Positions 33,819 to 42,118 of a stretch of 64,000 bases of DNA are shown here, piece by piece. Under the pieces are notes generated by a model. It searched no databases. It was given only the letters and a program-made list of their open reading frames with translations, and was not told the DNA's origin. The stretch covers positions 721,428 through 785,427 of the forward strand of contig JBDRQC010000004.1 in assembly GCA_043826505.1 (NCBI GenBank). The letters are read 5' to 3'. The stretch is from Chrysiogenia bacterium (lineage in GTDB: Bacteria > Acidobacteriota > Aminicenantia > UBA2199). The position numbers and the translations under genes were made by a program. Each line of letters opens with the position of its first letter. Position 1 is the first letter of the stretch.

Positions 33819-35217
33819 AATTTCGCAGCTCCGCTCCATTTTGTATTTACTGGGGGGGGTGTTGTTATTTCTGGGATGCAGTCGGGCGCTTGCCTCGGAA
33901 ACGCGGCTTTTTTCTTTCACGACGTCCAAGGGATTGGTCGTCAAGGTCTTGCAGGACAACGACATGCCTTTCATCCATGCCCAATTGCTCATTTACCTGG
34001 ACGGCAGCTCGCAGAATTATACATCCCTGGCCATCTCGCAGTTGATGGCCATGAATATGTTTGAGCGGGAATTGAATTCACCGCCTTCCAATCTTATGGA
34101 TATGCTGCAGCGGCAGGGTAACGACTACCAAGTCGAACAAAACCCGGAATATGTGAAGATCACCATGAATTTCCTGCCGGACCGTCTGGCGGCTTTTCCG
34201 AAACTGCTGAAGGAAATTTTTTATTACCAATCCTTTCATTTAAAGAAATTCAACCAAAGCAAGGAAAAATTCTGGACTTTGTTCGCCAAAAACAGTGATT
34301 GGAAAAAGGAATTGGCTTTTTTACTGGCTTACCAGCAAATGACCGGAAATTTTTATTTCTCCCAGGGTTTGCTGCTCCAGGATATTTTAAACAGGATCAA
34401 TCTGGCTCAATTGCGTTCGTTCCTTTTAAAAACCTTCCGTCCGGATAACGCCCTGCTGATCTTGAAAGGGAAAATCAATCCTTACTTCATCCTGGGCATG
34501 ATCGAAAAGGATCTGCCGCAGCCGTCCCCGCAGCCTTCCAAAACCAAAAAAGATGGAATCGCCCTCAATGCCAACCGCAAGATCTTTGTCCTGAATGTCA
34601 ATTCCGCTGAACAGCCGTCGGTCTATTGGTTCGATGCGGCCCCGGCTGTGACCGATGTCAGTTATCTACCATATGTGATCGGCAATTTTGCCCTGTTCGG
34701 TTTTCCAGGCGGGCGGATTTACCAATCCCAAAAAAACCAGTTTTCCATGGCCGGCTATAAGGTCAATTCCGAAACCTATCATTTGAAAAAATTCACCGTT
34801 TTCTGCAATTATCTGCGTTTGAAATACAATGATCTGGAAAATTTCCTTTTGCTGGTGGATCAGGAGAGGAGAAAATTCGTCGTCCGTCCCATTGAAAGGA
34901 AGGAATACCTTGACGCCTTGAATTATTACATCGGCCGGGCTCAGGTGGAGACGAGCCGATTCGATTATGACCTGCAGGCAGAGATCGACCGATTTCAGAG
35001 CCAGGGAGTGGGATCGCTCGCAACGCCGATCGGACCGCAAATTTTTCAGGAAGTGAGTCTCAACCGCGTGATGCAGGTCATGGACGAACAGATGGGATCC
35101 AGACACCGAAGCAGCGGCCGGGAAAAAGGGATCGTGGTTCTGATCGGCAATGCCAATCTGATTTTTAACAGCTTGAAAATATTAAAAACGGAAGCGCTTG
35201 AAATCTCGGTGGATTAA
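33802..35217 (+). CDS. M16-family-like lipoprotein, also without HxxEH
   Basis: 471 aa. Lipobox LFLGC. M16-like N-terminal pattern (TSKGLVVKVLQDNDMPF...). No HxxEH anywhere. Overlaps the upstream gene by 17 nt. Confidence 0.55.
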   Translation: MFMTNRISQLRSILYLLGGVLLFLGCSRALASETRLFSFTTSKGLVVKVLQDNDMPFIHAQLLIYLDGSSQNYTSLAISQLMAMNMFERELNSPPSNLMDMLQRQGNDYQVEQNPEYVKITMNFLPDRLAAFPKLLKEIFYYQSFHLKKFNQSKEKFWTLFAKNSDWKKELAFLLAYQQMTGNFYFSQGLLLQDILNRINLAQLRSFLLKTFRPDNALLILKGKINPYFILGMIEKDLPQPSPQPSKTKKDGIALNANRKIFVLNVNSAEQPSVYWFDAAPAVTDVSYLPYVIGNFALFGFPGGRIYQSQKNQFSMAGYKVNSETYHLKKFTVFCNYLRLKYNDLENFLLLVDQERRKFVVRPIERKEYLDALNYYIGRAQVETSRFDYDLQAEIDRFQSQGVGSLATPIGPQIFQEVSLNRVMQVMDEQMGSRHRSSGREKGIVVLIGNANLIFNSLKILKTEALEISVD

Positions 35218-35221
35218 AACA

Positions 35222-35293
35222 AGGCGGCGACCGGATTTGAACCGATGAATAGCGCTTTTGCAGAGCGCTGCCTTACCACTTGGCTACGCCGCC
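35222..35293 (-). tRNA. tRNA-Cys (anticodon GCA)
   Basis: The reverse complement folds with acceptor GGCGGCG/CGCCGCC, anticodon stem GCGCT/AGCGC, loop CTGCAAA and discriminator U. No encoded CCA. Confidence 0.9.
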
Positions 35294-35295
35294 AA

Positions 35296-35370
35296 TGGAG
35301 CGGGAAACGGGATTTGAACCCGCAACATCAACCTTGGCAAGGTTGCGCTCTACCATTGAGCTATTCCCGC
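35296..35370 (-). tRNA. tRNA-Gly (anticodon GCC), CCA encoded
   Basis: The reverse complement is GCGGGAATAGCTCAATGGTAGAGCGCAACCTTGCCAAGGTTG...TTCCCGCTCCA. Anticodon loop TTGCCAA. 3'-CCA present. Confidence 0.9.
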
Positions 35371-35380
35371 TTTGGCATTA

Positions 35381-35409
35381 AGGATAATCGAAATTGCTTT
35401 TTTTGTCAA
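35381..35409 (-). promoter_or_regulatory. Putative promoter of the tRNA-Gly/tRNA-Cys pair
   Basis: Minus strand: TTGACA (35404-35409), 17-nt spacer, TATCCT (35381-35386), about 10 nt before the tRNA-Gly 5' end. Confidence 0.4.
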
Positions 35410-35473
35410 GAGTTTTCGCTTTGAATTCAACTTGACATTGACGGCCGCCAGCCTGCTAATATTTCAGTTTTGC

Positions 35474-35887
35474 TCAAGCTTTTCCGGGAGCTTCAAGCAG
35501 GGCTATAATTTCCGGCGGTAAAAAAGGGTGGCCTTTTTCATTCAGCGCCGTACCGGTGGTGCGGGCTGAAAGAACAAGCCTTTGGTCCGGGTAGTGGAAG
35601 ATGTCCTGCAAAAAAACAAAGCGTATGGGCGAAACGCGCTTCAGGTTCAATCCGATCCAGAAAACATCGCCGCTGCGCAGCGGGATTTTGTAATCAAGCT
35701 CCGCCCGCACCACCACCAAAAAAATTTTTTCTTGCGTGAGCCTGTTGAAATCAATGCCCACCGAAAGCAGGAATTCATGGCGGCAGTGTTCGAGGTAATT
35801 CTGGTAGATCGCGTTGTTGACGATACCCTGCATATCGCATTCGTAATCGCGCACTTTGAGATCAAGTTTGAAAATGTAGTCAGTCAT
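35474..35887 (-). CDS. Acyl-CoA thioesterase, YbgC/4HBT hot-dog family
   Basis: 137 aa. VRDYECDMQGIVNNAIYQNYLEHCRHEFL is typical of the YbgC/FadM family. Confidence 0.8.
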   Translation of the reverse strand: MTDYIFKLDLKVRDYECDMQGIVNNAIYQNYLEHCRHEFLLSVGIDFNRLTQEKIFLVVVRAELDYKIPLRSGDVFWIGLNLKRVSPIRFVFLQDIFHYPDQRLVLSARTTGTALNEKGHPFLPPEIIALLEAPGKA

Positions 35888-35925
35888 CTCGTAACCTTTG
35901 ACATATAACCGGGAATTTCATTGTT

Positions 35926-36447
35926 TTATGATTTATTGCCGGTACCATGCATTTGCTCGACCGAGTGCAGCATCAAGTCGGCAAAAGCTCGAGCATCTTC
36001 AAGGTCGGCGAGGTCGGGGTGGCCATGGGCGCTTTGGGCTTCCATTGCCCAGGCACGCTCATGCGGCTTTTCCATCCAAACATCGAGCAGTTCGAGTTTT
36101 ACCTGGCCGCGGCAGCCGAAGGTGCCCAATATGGTCTGGCCGCCTGTCAGGCTGATGGCCGCGTAAAAGGCGGAAATGGCTTTTTCACCGCCGCGTAGAG
36201 ATCCATGGGTGGCGAAAAAGGCCAGTTTTTTCCCTTGCGGGATGCTTTTCAGAAAATGGGTCACTTTGGCCGGAACGCTGTGGTGATGAACCGGGAAACC
36301 GCAAAAGATGAGGTCATACATGCCAGGATCATCGACCTGTTCGATAGGCAAAATTTTTTTTTGCGTTTGTCGAATGCCGGATAATATCGTCTCGGCGACT
36401 TTGAGTGTATTTCCGGTTTCGGAATAATAAACGACCAGGATGTTCAT
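35926..36447 (-). CDS. Flavodoxin-family protein
   Basis: 173 aa. MNILVVYYSETGNTLKVAE FMN-binding N-terminus. Confidence 0.75.
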   Translation of the reverse strand: MNILVVYYSETGNTLKVAETILSGIRQTQKKILPIEQVDDPGMYDLIFCGFPVHHHSVPAKVTHFLKSIPQGKKLAFFATHGSLRGGEKAISAFYAAISLTGGQTILGTFGCRGQVKLELLDVWMEKPHERAWAMEAQSAHGHPDLADLEDARAFADLMLHSVEQMHGTGNKS

Positions 36448-36527
36448 GCCGCCTCCTTCGCAGGTGGAATTGTAGCGGATTGATGAGCCAAAGTCCAGAG
36501 TGGGACTGAAATACCATGGCAGGTTAT

Positions 36528-37499
36528 TCAGGCGGGATTTGCAGGCGAGTTTTCGATTTTACCAGGGCTCTGGCGCAATGCCAGAAGGATACCGGCCAGA
36601 ATAATGGCAGCAGCCGCTATTTTCAACAAGGACGGGTTTTCGCCCAAAAAGAGAAAAGCCAGGATCGCGGCACCGATCGGTTCGCCCAGAGTAGCGATGG
36701 CTACATAAGCGGCCGGGAGATGGGCCAACGACCAATTAAAAGTCGAGTGACCCAGTAATTGCGGAACCAGGGCCAGAAGCAGGAACCAGCCGTAGGTTGT
36801 TGGCCGAAAGCCGGTCAAAGGCTGGCGAAAAAGCAATGCTGTGATCAGCAGGATTAGTGCCGCGAAGCCATAAACCAGGGTTACGTATGGGATCAGGGAC
36901 ATGTGGCGGCGCAGATGCCGCCCGATCAACCAATAGCCGCTGACAGCCAGGGCACCGGCCAGGGCCAGGGCGTTGCCCAGCAAAGGCCGTGCATAAAAGC
37001 CGGAACCGGACTCGGCAAAGCTTATGACAATGCTTCCGCCCATGGCCAGCGATAGTCCGGCCAACAAGGCCGGCGGCAAGGGCTCATCCAGAAAAACCCG
37101 GGCCGCCAGCGCCACCCACAGCGGCGATGTCGAGACCAGAACCACTGAACTGGCCACGGAAGTATATTCGAGCGAAGTGATCCAGGTGCCAAAATGGATG
37201 GCCAGGAAAAATCCCGAAGCCAGTGCCCAACCCCAATCTGAGGCGTTGAGTTCAAACAGCTCTCTGCGGCAGTGCAACCAGGCCACTGGCAGCAAGATCA
37301 GCGCTGCCAGTCCCAGGCGGAAAGCTGCGATGGTCAGGGATGGGGCGTCCTCCTGGGCAATGCGGACGAAGATCGATCCCGAGGATACGGCCAGGATGCC
37401 TATGGTCAGGGCCAGGCGCGGAGGCACAATTGGAATATTGCTCGGATTTTTCATGGAAAGTCGTACAATTTTCTCTTTTGTTTTGGTAATAACGGGCAT
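36528..37499 (-). CDS. DMT-superfamily (EamA-type) transporter
   Basis: 323 aa, about 10 TM helices, two EamA-like halves. Start uncertain (alternative ATG at 37454). Confidence 0.75.
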   Translation of the reverse strand: MPVITKTKEKIVRLSMKNPSNIPIVPPRLALTIGILAVSSGSIFVRIAQEDAPSLTIAAFRLGLAALILLPVAWLHCRRELFELNASDWGWALASGFFLAIHFGTWITSLEYTSVASSVVLVSTSPLWVALAARVFLDEPLPPALLAGLSLAMGGSIVISFAESGSGFYARPLLGNALALAGALAVSGYWLIGRHLRRHMSLIPYVTLVYGFAALILLITALLFRQPLTGFRPTTYGWFLLLALVPQLLGHSTFNWSLAHLPAAYVAIATLGEPIGAAILAFLFLGENPSLLKIAAAAIILAGILLALRQSPGKIENSPANPA

Positions 37500-37588
37500 T
37501 TGTTTCTTGGAATGCTGGTTTCCACTTATGGCATTCTATGGCCGCTGGCAATTGATGTCAACAAACCGAAACGATCCATTGTTTTTTT

Positions 37589-37993
37589 TCACTTCAGAGT
37601 TTTCATGCCCAATAGGTGCAGGGTAACCCCTGCTCCGACCGCCAGCAGCACGACCCTGATCCAAAGCGCATCCAGCACCACCAGACCTGAAAAAGCGAGA
37701 GTGCCCCACAGCAGTACGAGAGTCGCCACCTTGGTTTGCCGGGAGATGGCCCTGTGTTCCCAGTATTGGCGGATATAGCGGCCGAACCACTTATGGGTGA
37801 TGAGCCAATTGTACAAACGGTCTGAACTGCGCAAAAAACAGGCGGCAGCCAGGAGAAGAAAAGGAGTAGTAGGCAGGAGCGGCAGGAAGATGCCGGCGGC
37901 ACCAAGTGCGACCGCAACAATACCGCAGCACGCCAGCAGCAGCCTTTTGCCTTTGCCGATGTTCCTTTCCCCTTCCAAATCGGGACGGATCAT
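37589..37993 (-). CDS. DUF454 (YbaN-like) inner-membrane protein
   Basis: LLPTTPFLLLAAACFLRSSDRLYNWLITHKWFGRYI is the YbaN signature. ATGA overlap with the upstream small ORF. Confidence 0.75.
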   Translation of the reverse strand: MIRPDLEGERNIGKGKRLLLACCGIVAVALGAAGIFLPLLPTTPFLLLAAACFLRSSDRLYNWLITHKWFGRYIRQYWEHRAISRQTKVATLVLLWGTLAFSGLVVLDALWIRVVLLAVGAGVTLHLLGMKTLK

Positions 37994-38172
37994 TTCTTAT
38001 AAGTGAAAGCGCGGGACAAAAGGCCTGAAACGACCAGGGCGATCGCGAAAATGCTTGCGCTTATAATGGGAAAAATCGCCTTGGCGACAAGCAGTATCGC
38101 CAAAACCAGGCAGACACTGAGAAAGCTTAAGGCCGCCGTTTTTCTATTCATGGTCCACCGTGCATGATTCAT
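37990..38172 (-). CDS. Small hypothetical membrane protein
   Basis: About 60 aa with two hydrophobic helices. Its stop overlaps the ybaN-like start (ATGA). No family recognised. Confidence 0.35.
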   Translation of the reverse strand: MNHARWTMNRKTAALSFLSVCLVLAILLVAKAIFPIISASIFAIALVVSGLLSRAFTYKK

Positions 38173-38809
38173 CACCGCTGCAACATTCCAGCCCGGCCGC
38201 TTTTGCGAACGCTTCCCTTCCTTCGCTGACCGAAAAATAGATCAGGCCCAGCGCACCCAGGCTGTCGGCAAAACCGAATCCAGTTACCTGGTAGATCAAA
38301 CTGGATGCCAGCAGCACCAGTGACATGTAGATGCAGGCCATAGTGCAATTGGCGTCGGCCAGGATGGGCGATGAGTGGAGCGCACGCCCGACTTTGCGTT
38401 TGGCCAGGACCAAGGCCCACATGATCGCGATGGAAATGATTGAAATGATAAGGCCGGGAACTGTCGTTTCCGGCGTGTGGGCATTGAACAGGGCGTATAC
38501 GGCACTGACCGCAAGTCCGGCAGCTAGTACATAGAAGGATGTGCCGGTCATTCGCAGTGCGGTCCTTTCGAAACGTGAGCGCTCCCTTTCCGCATTGCGG
38601 CGAATGCGCAGCACCATTGCCAGAATGCCAACCCCGGACATAACCTCAATGAATGAGTCGACGCCAAAACCGAAAAGGGTCAGTGCTTCATCCTGGGCGC
38701 CGAAATAGACCGAGACGAGTCCTTCGGCCAGATTGTACAGGATCGTGAACAGGGCGAGCCACAAAGCATAGCGCCAGATTTTTTCTGGGTTTTTCGCTTG
38801 AGGGGCCAT
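38144..38809 (-). CDS. Cation-efflux-like membrane protein (TM domain only) with a Cys-rich C-terminal tail
   Basis: NLAEGLVSVYFG..FGVDSFIEV resembles CDF TM helices 1-2. The tail ends ECCSGDESCTVDHE. Start at the ATG at 38809. An alternative TTG at 38872 overlaps the phzF-like stop. Confidence 0.55.
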   Translation of the reverse strand: MAPQAKNPEKIWRYALWLALFTILYNLAEGLVSVYFGAQDEALTLFGFGVDSFIEVMSGVGILAMVLRIRRNAERERSRFERTALRMTGTSFYVLAAGLAVSAVYALFNAHTPETTVPGLIISIISIAIMWALVLAKRKVGRALHSSPILADANCTMACIYMSLVLLASSLIYQVTGFGFADSLGALGLIYFSVSEGREAFAKAAGLECCSGDESCTVDHE

Positions 38810-38868
38810 GGATGATTCATTCTGTCTTGTATTGAGGCAAAAAACGTCGCGAGGATCTTCAGGGAAGA

Positions 38869-39744
38869 TCAAATGAATTCACCTTTGGCGACGACAATGG
38901 ATTTGCCGCCGACGGAGATATTGATGCTATCCCCTTGACGCTCCGCCTTCAAGAGCAGGAGCGACGGTCGACCGATCTCGTAGCCCTGCTCGCTGCGGAT
39001 GTCGATGCTGTCCTTGCCGAAATAACGATGCTTGACCAGGTAGCCGGCCAGGCAGCCGTTGCCGCTGCCAGTGGCCGGGTCCTCGGGAATGCCGAAACAA
39101 TCGACAAAGACCCGCACGCTGATGTCGTTCGCAGCTTCGTGGGCTTGCGGGCAGAAGATCAGTATCCCCTTGGCCCATGAGTCTTTTATAAATGCGAAAT
39201 ATTTTTCCCGGTCTACTTTCGCACTTTTCAAGGCGGTTATGGTCTTCAGCGGTACGATGAAAAAAGGCAGTCCCGTGGAAACTTCCTGGATCGGAAAGCG
39301 ATCGTCGATGGCTGATGCAGGCAAAGCGAGTATTGCGGCCAGGGACGCAACCGGGTGCTGTTTCCCGAATTCCGGCTCGACCTGCTTCATCCAGCCGTAG
39401 CCGTCCCGGCCGAAAGTTACCGGGATCCTGCCCACCTGCAAATTCAAGGATACCGAATCGCCCTTTCCCTTCAGGATCTCGTTGCAAACAATGAAAGCGG
39501 TCCCAAGGGTCGGATGGCCCGCGAAGGGGACCTCCTCTCCCGGGGTGAAGATGCGCACGTCGAAGCCGCCATCGCGAGGCTCGTCCTTGAGAATGAACGT
39601 GGTCTCGGAAAAATTGGTTTCGCGGGCAAGGCGCTGCATCTCTTCGCTGCTTAGAGATTCGGCCCGGCGGAAGACGGCCAGCTGGTTGCCGGCGTATTTC
39701 TTCTCGGCGAAGACATCGACGATATAAAAAGTGAGTTTTTTCAT
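38869..39744 (-). CDS. PhzF-family isomerase-like protein
   Basis: 291 aa. FYIVDVFAEKKYAGNQLAVF and the ETTF, FAGHPTLG, ISVR and PATGSGNGCLAGYL motifs. Confidence 0.85.
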   Translation of the reverse strand: MKKLTFYIVDVFAEKKYAGNQLAVFRRAESLSSEEMQRLARETNFSETTFILKDEPRDGGFDVRIFTPGEEVPFAGHPTLGTAFIVCNEILKGKGDSVSLNLQVGRIPVTFGRDGYGWMKQVEPEFGKQHPVASLAAILALPASAIDDRFPIQEVSTGLPFFIVPLKTITALKSAKVDREKYFAFIKDSWAKGILIFCPQAHEAANDISVRVFVDCFGIPEDPATGSGNGCLAGYLVKHRYFGKDSIDIRSEQGYEIGRPSLLLLKAERQGDSINISVGGKSIVVAKGEFI

Positions 39745-39787
39745 AAGTATCCTCCGAATCTTATTAATTCACAGTAACTGCGGGCTG

Positions 39788-40024
39788 TCATTTCTTCCCG
39801 GAAATATACCGGCAGTAGCCGAAGGCGATCGGCCCTTCTTTGGTGGTTTCGCAGGGGAATTCCGGGCAGGCGAAACACATGGTGATGCCTTTTTCAAAGG
39901 CGCAGGTGGCAATCTTGCAGAATTTGTTTTCCTTGGGCACGCACCCATGGGGATAATTCGGGCACTTCTTTTGTATCATCAAGGGGCATTTTTCGCAGCC
40001 GATGCCGCATACTCCGATTTTCAT
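39788..40024 (-). CDS. DUF3795-like small Cys-rich protein
   Basis: 78 aa with 12 Cys. CGIGCEKCP...CPEFPC pattern. Confidence 0.6.
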   Translation of the reverse strand: MKIGVCGIGCEKCPLMIQKKCPNYPHGCVPKENKFCKIATCAFEKGITMCFACPEFPCETTKEGPIAFGYCRYISGKK

Positions 40025-40037
40025 TTTGGTTACTCCC

Positions 40038-40718
40038 TTATTTTCCTGTCTTGCCCGGCCGGATCACCTTGTAGACCAGCCACAATCGGCCCTTGCCCAG
40101 GGATTTGCTTTTTTTCAGGCTCAATCCTACATCAGCCCTGACATCATCAAACAGGGGGAATGGTTTTTTGCCGATGATGAGCGGATGGACCAGCAGGCTG
40201 ATCTCGTCCACCAGGCCGCTGTTAAGCAAAATGCCGTTCAGGGTTTTCCCCGTGTCGGTCAGGACGGTTTTTGCTCTGTACTCCTTGGCCAGCAGCTCGA
40301 GCACGTGGGCATATTCGAACGGCCGGTTGCCCATGTAATGCCAGTCGTAGTTGCGCTCGGTCAGGTAGCGCAGGTATCCCTTGGGGGTCAAATTGCCCGT
40401 GAGGATGACAATGTCGCGGCAGAGTTCGAAGCGCCGCAGGGAGTGAAGCTTTCCTTTCAACTTGCCGGCCGTGTCGGGTATGACCCATAGTGGCAGTTTC
40501 TTGTCCCGCTTGGGCTTGATGAAGTCCTTGTCCTGTTCTTTCGGTATTCGCACCGAGAACAACTTCAGACCCTCGATGGCCGTGTTCGAGCCGATAAGAT
40601 GAATATCGGCCCTGTAACTCCCCACGATGCGGTAGTGAGCGGCCATGTCGACCTCGAACCCGAGCAGGGAGCCGTCCAGGCTGATTGAACTGTGCATAAT
40701 GACTTTCATCTGTTTCAT
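40038..40718 (-). CDS. Dihydrofolate reductase-like / RibD C-terminal domain protein
   Basis: MKVIMHSSISLDGS and LLVHPLIIG motifs. ATG at 40718 with a GGAGG RBS 6 nt upstream. Confidence 0.7.
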   Translation of the reverse strand: MKQMKVIMHSSISLDGSLLGFEVDMAAHYRIVGSYRADIHLIGSNTAIEGLKLFSVRIPKEQDKDFIKPKRDKKLPLWVIPDTAGKLKGKLHSLRRFELCRDIVILTGNLTPKGYLRYLTERNYDWHYMGNRPFEYAHVLELLAKEYRAKTVLTDTGKTLNGILLNSGLVDEISLLVHPLIIGKKPFPLFDDVRADVGLSLKKSKSLGKGRLWLVYKVIRPGKTGK

Positions 40719-40786
40719 CCCATACCTCCGATTGCTGGTTCTGATGAGCGCAGGAGTCACCGATCCCGAATTCAATTTATGCCGTT

Positions 40787-41059
40787 TTAAAGAAACCGGA
40801 TTGACAGGGCAACCAGGGCCAGGAGCAGCGCGGCGTTGATCGGAATGACATATTGTAAGTACAATGGCCCGACCTTGCCGGTCTCCTGGATGGTTACTTC
40901 CCTGTAGCGGCCCAAATTTCTGAAAATGTAGAATCCCCAGAACGGGAAAGGTGTCTTGAGCCCCCGTTTATCCAAGAACTCCGCGATGCGGATGGCTGTA
41001 ACCACCGCCCAGACCACACAGGCCAGAGCCAAGCAGGCGAAAACATAAAAAACACCCAT
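40787..41059 (-). CDS. Small hypothetical membrane protein
   Basis: 90 aa with two or three hydrophobic helices. No family recognised. Confidence 0.4.
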   Translation of the reverse strand: MGVFYVFACLALACVVWAVVTAIRIAEFLDKRGLKTPFPFWGFYIFRNLGRYREVTIQETGKVGPLYLQYVIPINAALLLALVALSIRFL

Positions 41060-41197
41060 GGTTCACCTCTGTCGATGCCGATGTTTTATATTGAAAACGC
41101 GCCACTGCCATTTTATCAGTTTTTCCAATAATTTTCCCATTCGCCTGGGAAATTGGTGGTGATGTGGAAGGGAAGAAAAAAATGATTAAAGGCAATA

Positions 41198-41749
41198 TCA
41201 GCCGAGGTCGACCTCGATCAGGCAATGGGGATCGCCGCGCTGGATCGAGCTCTTGAGGACGACCTTCACTTCCTTGCCGGCCAGGGCGCCGTAAACGGCC
41301 TTGGTCCAGCCTTGGGTGCACAGGCAATAGTCGGCGGGCAGCGGTTCCTTTATGTCGGCCACCAGCGGGCAGAAGCACTTGTCGTAAGTAAGGGTGATCT
41401 TGTTGCCGTTGCGTTTGGCGTTGTTGGCGCCGATGTGCTGGCGCATGGCGGCCAGGAACTTGTCTACATCGCCATTGAACGACTTGGCCCAAGCCTGTGA
41501 GCCGCCGCGCTCGGCGCAGGCCCGGCCGTTGTCCTCGATCACCTTCACCATTTCGGCCTCGGCCAGATCTTTCTTCATGTTGCCCAGCCAGGCCGTGAGC
41601 CAGCCCAACAGAAACTTGTTCTTTGCCGCCATCTTTTTCTCCCCTGCTGCGGCCGTTGCCTCCTGGGCCGTGGCCTTGCCGCTTGCGCCCAGCAGCGTTC
41701 CCGCCGCCGCTACTCCCAAAGCGCCCTTTAAAAAGTTTTTTCGCTTCAT
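41198..41749 (-). CDS. Hypothetical exported protein with a Tat-like signal and a C-terminal CxC...CxC...C motif
   Basis: MKRKNFLKGALGVAAAGTLLGASGKATAQ signal. KCFCPLV...YCLCTQGW...PHCLIEV. No confident family assignment. Confidence 0.55.
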   Translation of the reverse strand: MKRKNFLKGALGVAAAGTLLGASGKATAQEATAAAGEKKMAAKNKFLLGWLTAWLGNMKKDLAEAEMVKVIEDNGRACAERGGSQAWAKSFNGDVDKFLAAMRQHIGANNAKRNGNKITLTYDKCFCPLVADIKEPLPADYCLCTQGWTKAVYGALAGKEVKVVLKSSIQRGDPHCLIEVDLG

Positions 41750-41774
41750 GCTTGCTCCATATTAAATTAGTTTA

Positions 41775-41803
41775 ATTATAGTAATACGATTTTAATCAAG
41801 CAA
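41775..41803 (-). promoter_or_regulatory. Putative promoter of the 41198-41749 gene
   Basis: Minus strand: TTGCTT (41798-41803), 17-nt spacer, TATAAT (41775-41780), about 25 nt before the ATG. Confidence 0.45.
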
Positions 41804-41945
41804 GTTTATTTCGTTCATTAATGATCATGGTGCGGCTTTCATAACCATCGGGCAAGCCCTGAATTGAGGGAGCGTGTGGTTTGGGCATGAGCATTTGTTT
41901 GGTCAAGGACGAACGGTTTTCTTATTGGTATATTTTTTTAATGTA

Positions 41946-41968
41946 GGGGCGGGTTTTAAACCCGCCCT
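41946..41968. repeat. REP-like GC-rich palindrome (GTAGGGGCGGGTTTTAAACCCGCCCTGTAG)
   Basis: A roughly 9-bp stem (GGGCGGGTT/AACCCGCCC) flanked by GTAG on both sides. It lies in an otherwise unassigned 315-nt spacer. Confidence 0.6.
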
Positions 41969-42118
41969 GTAGTTAAAAAAACGGAATCCACCAACGAAAA
42001 AAGATAAATACATGAGTGATCGATTGGGCAGTCTTGGCCACTGTCAGAGGTAAGAATTTCCTCGTTTATAGCCTTACAACATCGAACTTTAAACCTGAAT
42101 TTTACTTTTTTTTAATTC

